Below the pieces are notes generated by a model. The model did no database searches, was not told the origin of the DNA, and saw only the letters and a list, made by a program, of their open reading frames with translations. The translations under genes and the position numbers were made by a program. Positions 25,165 to 37,679 of a stretch of DNA of 64,000 bases are shown here, in pieces. The number at the start of each line of letters is the position of its first letter. Within the stretch, counting starts at the first letter, position 1. Location of the stretch: contig NC_087436.1 of the NCBI RefSeq assembly GCF_036321535.1, positions 79,672,001 to 79,736,000 on the forward strand, written 5' to 3'. Origin of the DNA: Camelus dromedarius. Its lineage: Eukaryota.

Positions 25165-25341
25165 TTTGTGTCATTCTTTTAATGTGTCATATTATCATAT
25201 ATGATTCCATATATAAGTTACATCACATGATGTTTTTCTTTCTCTTTCTGGCTTACTTCACTTAATATGACAATCTCCAGTTCCATCCATGTTGCTGCAA
25301 ATGACATGATTTCATTCTTTTTTATGGCTGAGTAGTCTTCC

Positions 25342-25343
<2 letters not shown>

Positions 25344-25378
<35 letters not shown>
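25344..25378. repeat. (TG)17 microsatellite
   Basis: Direct reading. Confidence 0.95.
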
Positions 25379-25381
<3 letters not shown>

Positions 25382-27671
25382 CACTACAACTTTATACAAT
25401 TATCTCTTGATGGACATTTAGTTTGCTTCCATGTCTTGGCTATTGCAAACAGTGCTGCTATGAACATTGGAGTGCAAGTATCTTTTCAAATTGGAGTTTT
25501 CTGCAGATATATGCCCAGGAGTGGGATTGCTGGATCATATGGTAAGTCTCTTTTTAGTTTTTTGAGGAATCTCCATATTGTTTTCCGTAATGGCTGCACC
25601 AAACTACACTCTTACCAACAGTGTAGGAGGGTTCCCTTTTTTCCACACCCTCTCCAGCATTTATCATTTGGGGATTTTTAAATGATGGCCACTCTTTGTG
25701 AGATGACACCTCATTGTAGTCTTGATTTGCATTTCTCTGATGATTAGCGATATTGAGCATTTTTTCATATGCTTATTGGCCATTTGTATGTCTTCATTGG
25801 AGAAATGCTTATTTAGGTCTTTTGTCCATTTTTTAATTTGCTTGTTATTGAATTGTATGAGTTGTTTGTATATTCTGGAAATTAAGCCCTTGTCAGTTTA
25901 ATAGCAGGTTTCTTAAAAGTAAAAGAACATAAGCAAACATTCTTCAAGTTTCATCATAGGTGTCTATAAAAACCAACTGAAAATAGAAGATAAATGTGAG
26001 GCTGGTGAACTTAAAAAAAGATATTTGAGCACTGGTTCCTATTAGACTTGCCCTGATTTCTTTAAGGTTTGAGGGGATTTCAGTTTTTGTAATTTTCTAG
26101 CATATAATTTTCATGTTATCAGTCATGTCTCATAACCATTTGCCTCATTTGATTTGCTGATGAGATGAACCGCTAAGTTTTTTTCAAAATGAGACAGGTA
26201 CACAATGATTTGCCTTTAGTTGTTAGATTACAATGAAGTCAACAAGAATATCTAAATTTTCTATTTTTTAACATTATGCCAGATGCCTTAGTTATAAAAG
26301 CACTTTTACAAAACTTTATTTGCCCTATTAAATTTACAAATGAAAGATTTTTATAACCTGTATAGTATCCTTTCCTTCTCCTGCATCTGACTTTGTCTTT
26401 CTTTGGACCAAGAAAGATGGTGCTTTAAGACTCAGAGAAATTAAATTTGAGAGTGACATCTTCTCGGGCACTCCAATCCATCACATCAGAGAACCCAATT
26501 ACCTTAGTGATCATTGACTAACTACTGGTAAGAGAATCTCCAAAATGTTGTCCTTCCAAGCCAAGGCCAAAGTGCAAATAAAGCTTTCAACTAACCAAAG
26601 CACCCTACAGTTTCAGCCTCTATTTGCAAAGAAATCTTTTAAAAGTCTGCTGCTCTACTTTACTGCTAACCTTTTCAACAGAAGGACCGATTCCAGGGAG
26701 TGATCACTTGTCTGCTGTGAAGAGGTCCTAGTGTGTGTAATGACTGCCGCATAGTAATGTCCTTAACATGTACTCTGTCACCACTGGCCTCACAGGAGGA
26801 GTTCAGGGAGTCAGTCAGAGGGGGATAACAGAGTTTTCTCTAGGTCTAGAATAAAATAAATTCTGGGCCTTTAAGCAAAGAAGGCAAGGTGAGTCTTTCC
26901 TCACAGGACATGTATACATGCAGCCATGCAAATTCAGACCTGTAAGACTAATGGGTTTATAAGTACTGAGTCACTAGGATTGAAACTTCCCAAATCTCAG
27001 CTTTGGTAATATTTGTTGTTGTTGTTGTTTACTTGTTTGTTTGTTTTCCCAAAGACTAAATAAATCACTTTAGGAGTGAGTGAGAGAAGAAAAGAGGCTT
27101 AAGAACAGCCTTGGAGCACAGTAACACTTCATGGTGAGGAAGAGAAGGAATATTCAGCAATGCTGTATTTCTTATATTTTAACATAAGCAACAGTGAATT
27201 GTCTGTAAACTCTTAAGACTTTACAGTAAGTCGGTAAAGTAGGTCCTTATCACAAAGGAGGCATAGAAAAGTGCAATGACGCACCCAATCCCTAGAGCAA
27301 GTGGAAGGTGGAGTTAAGCTTAGAACTTAGGATCATGGTTTTATCTGTTGAGTACTACATTTTCTTACTTGTGATCAACAAGTACGTCACTGAATCATCA
27401 AAATTCCCATCATCACCTTACTTCAGGTCTCTTGAAGAACATTGATGTTCATAAAGTCATTTAACAAAGACTTACTATGTCTCTGCTTGTTCTGGGCACT
27501 GTGCGAGGTGCTGGGCAGACGAAGATGAATCGGACATGTCCCTTTAGTTGTGAGTGCCTTTAGGCACTCACGTATAGAAGAGGACTGTGTGGACAGACAC
27601 TTAGAGCAATAATCGAAATACAGAGTGATCTGGATCCTATGAAGGACATGTAGACCAAGCATAGTGATGGG

Positions 27672-27930
27672 GTATAGTGTAATGGTGAAAAGTATGAACT
27701 CTGACTTCAGACTGCCCAGGTTCAAATTCTGAACTCAGCTTTGTAGCACTGTGACCTTGGGCATGTAACTTAGTCTCTGTGTCTTAATTTCCTTATTTAA
27801 AAAACGGGTATAATAATAGTACTTACTTCTTTTTTTGCGGTGATTAAACAATGAAACTTCTCTCAGGTACTTATAACACTGACTGCTACCTATGTGAGTG
27901 CTGTGTGAGTTTGGACTATTATTATCATTA
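27672..27930 (+). mobile_element. MIR, near full length
   Basis: GACTGCCCAGGTTCAAATTCTG..TGTGACCTTGGGCATGTAACTTAGTCTCTGTGTCTTAATTTCCTTATTT core. Confidence 0.8.
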
Positions 27931-28789
27931 TTATATGGAAGCCCCCAGATAAGAAAGGTCAACTTTCTTCTGGTGGGGAAAGTTTCATAGGACAGATGAC
28001 ACTTGGTCTGGGTCATAAGGAATGAGCAGAGGTTATCAAAGAGGGAGAGGGACACTCCAGAAAGACAGAGAAGCATGTGCAAAGGTAGAGGAACTCAGGG
28101 TGGGTGATGCTGTCTGCATCTGTGGTGGGAGGGAGAGACGTTGAAGGTGAAGTTAGGGTAAATATTATGCCTTGTATTCCATGCAGAGGAGTTTGGACCA
28201 TAAAATCCTGGACATGAAGAAGAAACTATGCATGAATTCTTCCAAATAAGAGTCACACAATCTGATATTTGTGCTTCTGAAAGCTCATGGTGGAACCATC
28301 ATAAGAAAATAGATGGGAAAGGTGTGAGTCAGAAAGAAACATTCAATCAGCATTTGTTCATTGCTTACTAAGTTCTGGGCATGAAAAATAAAAATACGTG
28401 TAGAAAATTGTCTTTCCTTTGAAGATCTGGAACCTATCTGAGGAGGCAGTGGTACACACACTTAAATGTAGTGGTTAGGTAAGTGTTATGCTATAGCAGG
28501 ACTGACGCAGTACAGGAGCGCTGAGAAGGAAAATTAATTCTACTGCTAGCGAGGTTGCAGTCGCTGTGGGGATCAGGGAACACTCAGGGCGGTGGCATGT
28601 TCACTGCATACTCACATGGTGTGCACCTGGACTAGAGCACGTCAAGAATGGTTTGAGAGAGCATGTGATGGGAGAATCTGCAGAAAGGAAGGGTGACAGT
28701 TTGAATGACATGTGAATTAAGTTTGGCCTTTATTTAGTGGGGAATAGGGAACTGTCAAAGATGTCTGAAATATGGGAAACACATTATAG

Positions 28790-29040
28790 TTGTGTGGAAA
28801 ATCTTGGCCTTTAGAGACTGACAGGCTTGAGTTCAAATCCCAGTGTAGCAATTTGCAAATTGTGTAAACTTGGCAAGTTCACAAAAGCTTTCTAAGCCTC
28901 AATTTCCTCTTGGGGATGATAATAGGACCTACTTTGTCGTGTTGGGTTTAGTGAGGATTAAATGAGTAAATAAATAACTAGAAAGTACTTGGAACAGTGC
29001 CTGGGATGTACTTACCACTAAATAAATAATTGTCATTGTT
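28790..29040 (+). mobile_element. MIR
   Basis: GAGTTCAAATCCCAG..CTTGGCAAGTT..AAGCCTCAATTTCCTC..GTGAGGATTAAATGAG..GAACAGTGCCTGG. Confidence 0.8.
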
Positions 29041-29529
29041 TTAATTATATCAATGCTTTCGAAAGATGGTTCTGACAGGGCCACGGTAGCAGAGAGATTA
29101 GAAGCAGGAAGACTGGCCAGGAGGGTGTACTAGTCCAGGCAGGTGGAATGGGCAGCAGTGGGTGGGGGCAGTGTGACCAATCAGGCAGGATAAGAGGTGT
29201 TTGAGGTACATTTCAGTGACAGAGGGGACAAGCTGGGACTGATGGGAAGGTGGTGGGAGAGGGGGTGGGGAGGAAGAGCAGAGAGAGAGGTTACTGTTAA
29301 AGATGACTCAGCTTTTTCATCTGGGTGCTTAAACGGATGATGAAACCATCACTTAAGATACAAATCAGAGGAAACTAGGTTTGGACAAAAAAATAAAATG
29401 GATTAGATTTTTATGAGTTACATGTAGATAGCTCAATGAGGGTTTGGGGTTGGAGACAGCTGGAAACAGGTCTAGAGAAGAGAAGAGAGGACTGGACTGG
29501 AGATATTTTGAAATGATTTGTACATAGAT

Positions 29530-29734
29530 CAAGAGTCAGTAAACTTTTTTTCTGAAAGGTGTCAGATGGGGGATATGTTAAGCTTTGGGGGCAATATAGT
29601 TAGCATCTGCTGAACTACTCGACCACCATCTTAGCACCACAGGAGGCCAAGCACAAAACCTACATAAGTGGGGCAGCTGTGTTCCAATAAAACTAGGCTA
29701 GATCCGCCCATGGGGTGTAGATGGCCAGCCTCTG
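29530..29734 (+). mobile_element. MER58A-like hAT MITE
   Basis: CAAGAGTCAGTAAACTTTTT start; GCTGTGTTCCAATAAAACT core; degenerate terminal inverted repeat. Confidence 0.75.
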
Positions 29735-30229
29735 CTACAGGAGGTAAGGACACAGGCGTGGAGGAGCTTGGGTGAGGACGGGGAGTAGCCCGGGCTGGAG
29801 CGAGCTGACGCTGGTGCACGGGGCAACACCAGCACTCGGGGTGGATGGGTGGACAGGCGCCAGTGACGTCATGGTTAGGTAGAGGCTGTGCTGGCTGTAG
29901 GCTTCCTGGTAGCACAAGGATTTGTGTTGAAGACACTGAAACTAAACATTCACCCCCTATTTATTTAATCTTAAGGGAAGGCCTGTCAGGAGGTGGTAAA
30001 GAAAGGAAGACTGATGTTTTAGCATTTTAACAAGGGTGGTGGAATGCCCACTTCACGAGATTTAACCTCACGTGTCCTGAACAAACTCATCATCCCTCAC
30101 TTTTTGGTCTTACATTTCACATTCCACCTCTCCTTCCCTCCCAACGTGGCTTCTTCTCCTGTCTCACTCCCCACCCCGATGTGCCCACCACAATACCAGG
30201 TGGGCACAAGGATAATCATCGAGCCAGCT

Positions 30230-31270
30230 ATTACGAGCCGTGTAAACAAATGACAGATCTCTGGGCACAGGAAAGGTAACAAGAGGCTGATCAGTAGGTC
30301 TAGTTATCTTTCCTTCATGTTTATTGCAGTCTGGTGCAGTTATTTCTAAGGGCCTGACATTGATCGACAGCTTCTATTAAGGCCTATCCAGGGCAGCTGG
30401 ATTGAACAGATACATTAAATAAAGCAGTTATTGCTTTTCATTGCCTTTCCGTAAAATATCACTGCTAAATAGCTTCTGCCATCAGATGCAGTTAGGTACA
30501 TGGTTTTAATTTGAGGGACTGCTTTATAACACGGCCCAATTGACACTGGCCTTTGTTTCCCCTACAATAATGATTGTGTACATCCTGCAGAATTGATGGG
30601 CTGTCCTTTGAGGTGGTGTTGGGAGGAGGCGGGAGGACCGGGCTCTGGCTTTGTTGTTCTCTCGCTCTCTCTTTTTATACATGCCAGGTTTGTCACTTGT
30701 TTGCAGCACGGGCAGGAACAATGTCAAGCGAGGGCCCTTATCTCAGGATGTTGTAATGTAGGGACTGTAAGCCTTCGCCTGGAGACGAGATAAGCTCAAC
30801 CTTACAAGCCTGGAGGAAGCCAGGGTGGGCGCGGTGCGTGATTGAGACAACAATGGAGAGCTGTCGGGCGCCTGTTACAGCTCTTTCTGGTGCCACAGAA
30901 ATATATGCATGTGGAACGGTGCATAACAAGCATGAAAATAAAAGTCTGGAATGTTCATCTAATAATGATGTATTTGGACCAAGATTATGCTGCCCAATGA
31001 TATTCTTGTTTTATCTCCGGGCTAAATGCTGGGGCAGCTGTGTGCTTTGGCACAGTCTTCTGTCCCTCCTTTTGTGTGCTGCATATTAATCCTTTATTGA
31101 AGTGATTAAATGTGTGCTTAATGGCAATGAGCTGGCAGAATGAACGTACAATTGAATTAGCAGTTATGATTGGGAGCAGGCTGCAAAATGAACTAAATGC
31201 AATTACTGTAGGCATTTCTTTCTCCAAGTCGAATCTGGCTGCATGACATGACTTAATTAGAGGTGGTTAG
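30230..31270. promoter_or_regulatory. Candidate conserved non-coding element / enhancer cluster
   Basis: Repeat-free, retains CpGs, dense in FOX (TGTAAACAAA 30241-30250), MEIS (TGACAG 30251-30256), TTTATTG and TAAT/ATTA motifs; conservation not measured. Confidence 0.5.
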
Positions 31271-31842
31271 ATACACTTACTCCCTGGTCCTCTAGTGGGC
31301 TGTCTGAATTTCAGTTAGAGCTCCCACCCACCCCTATAGTGGCCCCTGGCCCCATTCAGACTCTGCTCAGCAAAGACTGCTTCCTGATCCAGCTCTCCTG
31401 CTATGAAGATAAGGCCTGACTACTTACAGACAAAACAGGAGCTAACGGAGACATCTTCAGCAGATTCTCTCTTGGTAAAGTCTCTGGTGATCACTGGTCC
31501 AGCTGTTTGTCCAGGTGAGTGAGGGCCAAAGCCCCAGCAGGACCTGGCATGCTCTGTGAACTGATGGGGAACAAGTGCTCCGATATCAACTACAGAACTT
31601 TCCTTGGAGAATGAACTCCACTGTAAACCCTTAGCTTTTTGGCCACTGAAGTGACTTCTGGGTAGAGGGCCCTGGAGTTCAGAAGCCTCCAGTAGAGGGG
31701 CCCTGAACAGATTGTTGAGTTCTTGAGGGCATACCTAGGCAAGCACTGAATGCCGGCAACATGTGGAGATAAATAAGAAGAGAAGCTACTGTGTTATGCC
31801 ATCTCTATTTAGAGCTTTTGTAATGGCTCCTAGACATTATGT

Positions 31843-31992
31843 TAATGGTTCTTAATCCTGGCTGCACCAGAGAATTCCCTGGAGTGTTTAAAAAATACTG
31901 ATGGCCAAGCCCCACCCCTAGAGATTTAATTGTCTGGATATTGCCAGTTTATTAAAACTCCTAGATGCTAATTATATGAAGGAGAAGCACTA
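31843..31992. mobile_element. MER5-like hAT MITE
   Basis: ATGGTTCTTAATCCTGGCTGCAC..AGAAT..CCTGGAG..TTTAAAAAATACTGATG..CCCCACCCCTAGAGATT pattern. Confidence 0.65.
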
Positions 31993-32579
31993 ACCTAGCT
32001 AGAATAACTTTACTTCAAAATTTTATTACTTTGCTTTCTACCCCTCTTTTTGCAGTGTTCCTTGGTGCTCTGCAATATTTTTGGGAAGGAGAGGGAACTT
32101 GACCCTCAGGTACATGAGTAATGAGTGATGAGTGGATGTCAGCAGATCGTAATGGAATAATAGATAAAGTTGCCTTCATCTTATACACAAAGCTATATGT
32201 CCCTTTCATCCCTATGTTGAACCTGGGGCTACTTCGGAAACGTGGTGCTACGATTTATAATTCTATCAACTCCTGACCTATCAGCTCTGTCCAACAAGCC
32301 GGGGCTCTCATTAGTCGTGCCCCCCTGTTTTGCTTAGAGTTATTTACCAGGAGGCCAATCAATATTCTATGAGAAGACAGTTGGGATGTACAACTCTCAT
32401 CAATCCATTCCATTTTCTTTTCACAAAATGGTGGACGGACACAGGAGGGACATCTCTATAAAACAGAAGGCAAAACCCGTTGCCACTTTTGAACACCTAA
32501 AATACACATTTTGTTTTATTTTTATTTGAGCGTCGTGAGGCAGGGTCCCTGGTCAGCGGGAGCTCCTGGGTCTGTTTTA

Positions 32580-32900
32580 CAGCCTTCGTTCTCTTTCTCA
32601 GGGCCATAAATGAAACCCTTTCAGCCCTAATGACCACAATGACTTTCCTCGATCATGTTATTGCTACTTTGGCACATTTATTGCTTTCACATGCACTAAT
32701 GGATGAGTTTGGATATGTTAACAATTTATATATCATTTGATCCTAAAAAAGAAACCCTACCGAACTAACTTAGCCCTTACGATTGAGTAGCTTTTAAGGA
32801 GTATAAATGAATTTAATGCCTTAGAAAGAGCTTCTGTAAATTATGAACATGACACCTATTACATTAAGCTGCATTAAGCATTAATACATCTTCATTACTG
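32580..32900. promoter_or_regulatory. Candidate conserved non-coding element
   Basis: Repeat-free; CCATAAA, TAATGA, TAATGG, TTTATTG, TTTAATG, CATTAA x3 homeodomain-type motifs; conservation not measured. Confidence 0.45.
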
Positions 32901-33408
32901 GCAGGTTGCCCAAACCTCCAAGGTTGAAAAAGCTGCCTGAAAATGTTCAATGTGACAGTCACCTAGACCAAGATTGATGGTTCTTTTTTGGGGTATGTGA
33001 GGGATGTCTATTGACTAGGTCCCTCTTCCACTTCCAGACAAAGAGATGTAAATGATGTCAACCAGAGTTCCCCAAAGGCTGAATTTAATGGGCAGTCAAG
33101 AACTTCTGTTGTGCTGTTCAGTTACCACTGCTGGGAGAGGTTTTTGAGTAGGGAGATGCCCAGTGTACCAACATTTCAAGCTAAAAGATTGAGTGGGTGG
33201 CATAATGTTTCTATCTGTGAGACTTAACATGTAATTCTTATCATCTCACAGAATGAAATTATTAACAATATTTTTTGATAATAATTGCTACCTTTTCTTG
33301 AATATTTACTCTGTATTACCACTGCTAAACTCTTCGTATACTTTCTGCCATCTAATCCTCTTAATAGCCCTGAGAATTAGATATTATTATTTATCGTCCA
33401 AGGGTACA

Positions 33409-33870
33409 GTATTAGTGTTTTAGGGCTGCTGTAATAAAACATCACAAACTGGTGACAAAACAACAGAAATTAATTTCCTCACAGTTCTGGAGGCTATACG
33501 TCTGAATTAAGGTATTGGCAGGGTCATGCTGTCTCTGAAGTCTCTAGGGGAGAATCTGTTTCATTCCTTTCTCCGAGCTTCTGGTGTTGCCGGCAGTCCT
33601 TGGCATTCCTTGGCTTGTAGATGCCTCCTGCCAATGTCTGCCTCTGTCTTCACATAGTTCCCCCCGTGTCTGTCTGTCTTCTTCTCTTACGAGCGCACGA
33701 GTCTTACTGGATAAAGGGCTCACGCTACTCCAGAATGGCCTCATCGTAACTAATTATATCTATAAAGATCCCATTTCCAAATAAGGTCATATTCTGAGGC
33801 TGAGAGACAGTAGGAGAGAAAGAGAGAGAGAGAGGTGTTTTGGGTGGGAAAACAACTAAACAACTGTGAC
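33409..33870 (-). mobile_element. MaLR solo LTR (MLT1C-like)
   Basis: AGGGCTGCTGTAATAAA..CACAAACTGG..AACAACAGAAAT..CACAGTTCTGGAGGCT..TTCCAAATAAGGTCATATTCTGAGG. Confidence 0.85.
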
Positions 33871-34439
33871 ACCTGTAGTATACTCTGTGTGACTAGAATG
33901 GTGGGTTACATCTGAAACTGTTTAAGTCTTTCTAAATGTGGACACGTGTCTTAGACTCTCAGCTTCTAAAGGCACAGCTCTATTCTAGGTGATTTTGGGT
34001 GGAGTCATAGGTCAACACCATCAGTAACTGCAGATCTTAACATGTGCCTTGAGAAGTTTAGGAGAAAACCAGTTAGTTTGACCCTAAGTGTGTATGGTCC
34101 ATGAGCAAAGGAATGATTCCTTTTGATGAGGGCAAAAATCTCCATCTGAAATTGGTTAAGCAGAGGTCAATGCATTTGACAAAGATTTATTCAGCATTTG
34201 CCCCACTAATGATAAGAGGATGGGTTCCCTGACTGATAGGAAGAGACAGAGGAAAACTAATCAAAGGTTCCTGGTGCCCTGTTGGAAGAATATGTGGAGC
34301 ATAGTGTGGGCACAAAGGGGGAGGTGACTGGGGAGCTAGACCAGATTGCCTGGACCCACTGGTTCATACCTTGGTTCTACCAGTTCCTGGTTGCCAGTTT
34401 AATGTGTTATACATGATCTTTCTTTCTAAGTCTCAATTT

Positions 34440-34539
34440 TTTTCTCTGTAAAAAATTTTTTTAAATTTTAATTATTGTTTATTTTGGGGGGGACATAATT
34501 GGGTTTAGTCATTTATTTTTTGAGCTATACCCTGCCCCC
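34440..34539 (-). mobile_element. Internally deleted Vic-1-like SINE inserted in a MIR
   Basis: TSD TCTAAGTCTCAATTT at 34425-34439 and 34540-34554; minus strand GGGGGCAGGGTATAGCTCA joined directly to AAAAATAAATGACTAAACCCAATTATGTCCCCCCC and an A-rich tail. Confidence 0.75.
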
Positions 34540-35304
34540 TCTAAGTCTCAATTTCTTAATGCATAAGTGGGATAATAGTATTGGCTTTATAGTGTTGTTT
34601 TGAAAATTAAGTGAAAAATCACTTGTGAATTAGTAACAGCTTCTTTGTCATTAGTGACAAACCCACTCCAGTTAGTTAAAAGATAAAAGGGAATTCGTCA
34701 GCTAATGTGACTTGAACATCCGCAGGTACATTTGGTCTCAGCCACAGAATATCAAGATGCTCAGTGATGCTGCCATGATACTGTCTTCATCTTTTGGTTC
34801 TGACTTCTTCATGTAGACTTCACAGGTGTTCCTAGTGCAGTGGCAAAAAAGGCTGAATAGCAGTTCTAGACTTTCACCCTAACAGTGGGAAGGGAATACT
34901 ACTTGTTCCTGAAAAAGCCCTGGGTAGATATCTCATTGACTAGTCTGATTCCTATGGCCCCTGGGAATGTTATCTATTACTTATTGTCTGTTACTGTTAT
35001 TTAAGCCAGCCCTGCTAGGTGCTAATCCTGCCCCTAAGTAAACCTGGGCTTCCAAATATGGAGGTAGTTATCAATAGATAGTGATGAATAGCTGAATTTG
35101 AGATAGAAAAAGAAAATAACAAAAAAAGCTCAAGGTGTCTATTTTGTAAGAAAAAAGTCCAAAGAGGCAAAATTTCACCCATATCTCATAGCTGTTTGTG
35201 TCTGTAAAATATAGAGAAGAAAAAAGGAATTATTGAATTATGTTTTGGGATAGTCATGCTTTTTTCTTCTTAAACTTTATTTTTCCATAATAGAAGGAAT
35301 AATA

Positions 35305-35535
35305 ATATTTGACAGTTATGCAGTACTTAGGACATGCCAGGCACTATTCTAGCTGGTTTTTTATGTTAATTCATTTAGTCCTGTGAGATTGGTTCTCTTA
35401 CTGCCGTTTCACAGAGTGAGACACTTCAGTCATCGAGAAGTAAGGACCTTGCCGGAGGTCACTCAACTAGTGAGTGACAGAGCTGGGATTCAAATCCAGG
35501 CAGTGTAGCCTGGGACAACTTGCTCTTTACTGATA
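35305..35535 (-). mobile_element. MIR
   Basis: ATGCCAGGCACTATTCTAG..GACCTTGCC..GGTCACTCAACTAGTGAGTGACAGAGCTGGGATTCAAATCCAGGCAG. Confidence 0.8.
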
Positions 35536-35669
35536 TACTATATATGCTTATTTCAGAAAGTGTGAAAAATATACAACAGCAAAAAGAAATCCCTCATTAT
35601 CCTACTGATGAAATATAACTACTAATAATTTAGTGTGTTTCTTTCTCCTCTTTTTTTTAATTCCTAGGT

Positions 35670-36820
35670 TAATTTTTTTCTGGTTTTGTGGAGATATAAT
35701 TGACATGTTACACTGTATTAGACCAAGGTGTACAACATAGAGATGATACATGTATATATTACAAAATGACTACCACAATAAGTTTAGTTAACATCTGTCA
35801 CCTTACATAGTTACAGATTTTTTTCTAGTGATGATAACTTTTAAGATTGACTCTTGCAGCAGCCTTCAAATACACAATATAGTATTATTAACTATATTTT
35901 CCATGCTATACATTGCATTCCCCTTTTGACCACCTTTACCCATTTCACTCCCCCATCTCAAGACCCCACTTCTGGCAACCACCAATGTGTTCTGCATATC
36001 TGTGAGTTTGGTTTTTTTAGATTCTACATGTGAATGAGATCATATACTATTTGTCTTTTCCTGTCTGACTTATTTCACTTAGCATGATACCCTTAAGTTT
36101 CATCCATGTTGTTACAAATGGCAGGATTTCCTTTTTTTCCCCTATGGCTGGATAATATTCTATTGTATATAAATATCACTTTTTAAAATCTATCCAATGG
36201 ATGGACACTTAGGTTGTTTCCATGTCTTGGCTATTGTAAATAGTGCTGCAGTGAATGTGGGAGTGCAGGTGTCTTTTTGAGATAGTGACTGTTTCCTTTG
36301 GATATATACCCAGAAATGAAATTGCTTGATCATATGGTAGTTCTATCTTTATTTTTTTGAGGAACTTCTATACTGTTTTCCATAGTGGTGGTGCCAATTT
36401 ACCTTCCCACTAACAGTGTACAAGGGTTTCCTTTTCTTCACATCCTTGTCAACACTTGTTATTTCTTGTCTTTTGATAATAGCCATTCTAACAGGTATGA
36501 GATAATATCTCATGATTTTTATTTGCATTTTCCTAATGATTAGTGATGTTGAGCACCCATTCATGTACTTGTTGGCCATCTATAGCCTTCTTTGGAAAAA
36601 TATTTATTCAGTTCCTCTGCCCATTTTTTAATCAGTTTTTTTTTTTTTGCTATTGAGTTGATTATATATATTATTAACCCCTAATCAGATATATACTTTG
36701 CATCTATTTTCTCTTATTCCATAGGTTGCCTTTTCATTTTGCTGATTGTTTCCTTTGCTGTGCAGAAATATTTTTAGTTTCATGTAGTCCCACTGGTTTA
36801 TTTTTGCTTTTGTTGCATTG
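35670..36820 (-). mobile_element. Older L1 (3'UTR + ORF2 C-terminus)
   Basis: Degenerate ORF2 translation (ANKYMNGCSTSLIIRKMQIK..RYYLIPVRMAIIK) and L1 3'UTR motifs. Confidence 0.85.
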
Positions 36821-37679
36821 GAAATGAATATTTTTTAATTTATTAATATGTGTTTCCAAAAAGATACTGGAAGACAGGGAACATGTTAAGATATTACGAT
36901 GTTCCAAAGCCAAGCACACATGATGCACCACTGGATACTCAGTAAATGTTTAACAAATGTGTGAATAAGCAAACAATTTCTAAAAGGTTTATATCAGTAT
37001 TTACTATTACACAAAATATTGAGGTATGTTAATTCATCAGGCTCTTTTTGAAAACAAGAACCACAGTTTTCTTATCTTTTTCAACTTAATAGGCAAAAAA
37101 TAGTTTTTCATTTTTCCTTTGCATCTTTATTATTCAAATTCCTTAATTCAGCAAATACTCAATTGTAGGTTTACTGTTTGTTGGACACTATTTCAGATAT
37201 TGCAAATACGGTAGTTGACAGGATTTCTTAGTAAGACTCACATACCTGACATACCTGCTTCATAGGCTGGTTATGATGATTAAATAAAATAGTACAGGAG
37301 AATATTTTATGAAAATGCACCACAGATAAGGATTGGGGTGGACAGGTAAAATTGTATGTGTGTATTTCTTCCCTTGGCAGTGTTGTGCTGCTAGGGAGTT
37401 GGAAATTGGAGTTTAGGGGCCTATAAGATGGAGTGGCTCTGATGAACACCTCAAGCTTTCATTTGTACTCCCTCAATAGACACACATTAAGAGTAAAGCC
37501 TGCATTTTGAGGGTGAAGTCAAACCAGAAACAGACCAGCCCTCACAATGACAGATACCTAGCCTTCACTGGAACAAGGTAATCTGCCTTTACTCTGCACA
37601 TTAGAAGAAATTAGATCCTTTCTGGTGGTAGATAATGTCATCTTGGACCTAAAAATGTTCATATACTATATTCAGTGAG

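Larger units (their letters stand above)
21850..25898 (-). mobile_element. Older L1 3' fragment, split by the young L1 insertion
   Basis: L1 3'UTR sequence at 21850-22196 resumes at 25181-25898 and runs into degenerate ORF2 C-terminus; contains (CA)n and (TG)n. Confidence 0.85.
27445..29520 (-). mobile_element. LINE-2 fragments interrupted by MIRs
   Basis: CATTTAACAAAGACTTACT..GGCACTGTGCGAGGTGCTGGG; second L2 3' end at ~28340; GA-rich body. Confidence 0.65.

Noticed and set aside
26400..26535. Exon-like segment ending in TG/GTAAGA
   Set aside because: In-frame stop in the most plausible frame, no recognisable protein, no clear acceptor
31280..31710. CTCF-like motifs (CCAGTAGAGGGGC at ~31689; CCACTAGAGG on the minus strand at ~31289)
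   Set aside because: Only partial matches lacking the GGC(G/A)C 3' end; cannot be supported without a PWM scan
30230..32900. Assigning the locus to a named CNE-rich gene
   Set aside because: No exon sequence that I recognise; naming a gene would be a guess
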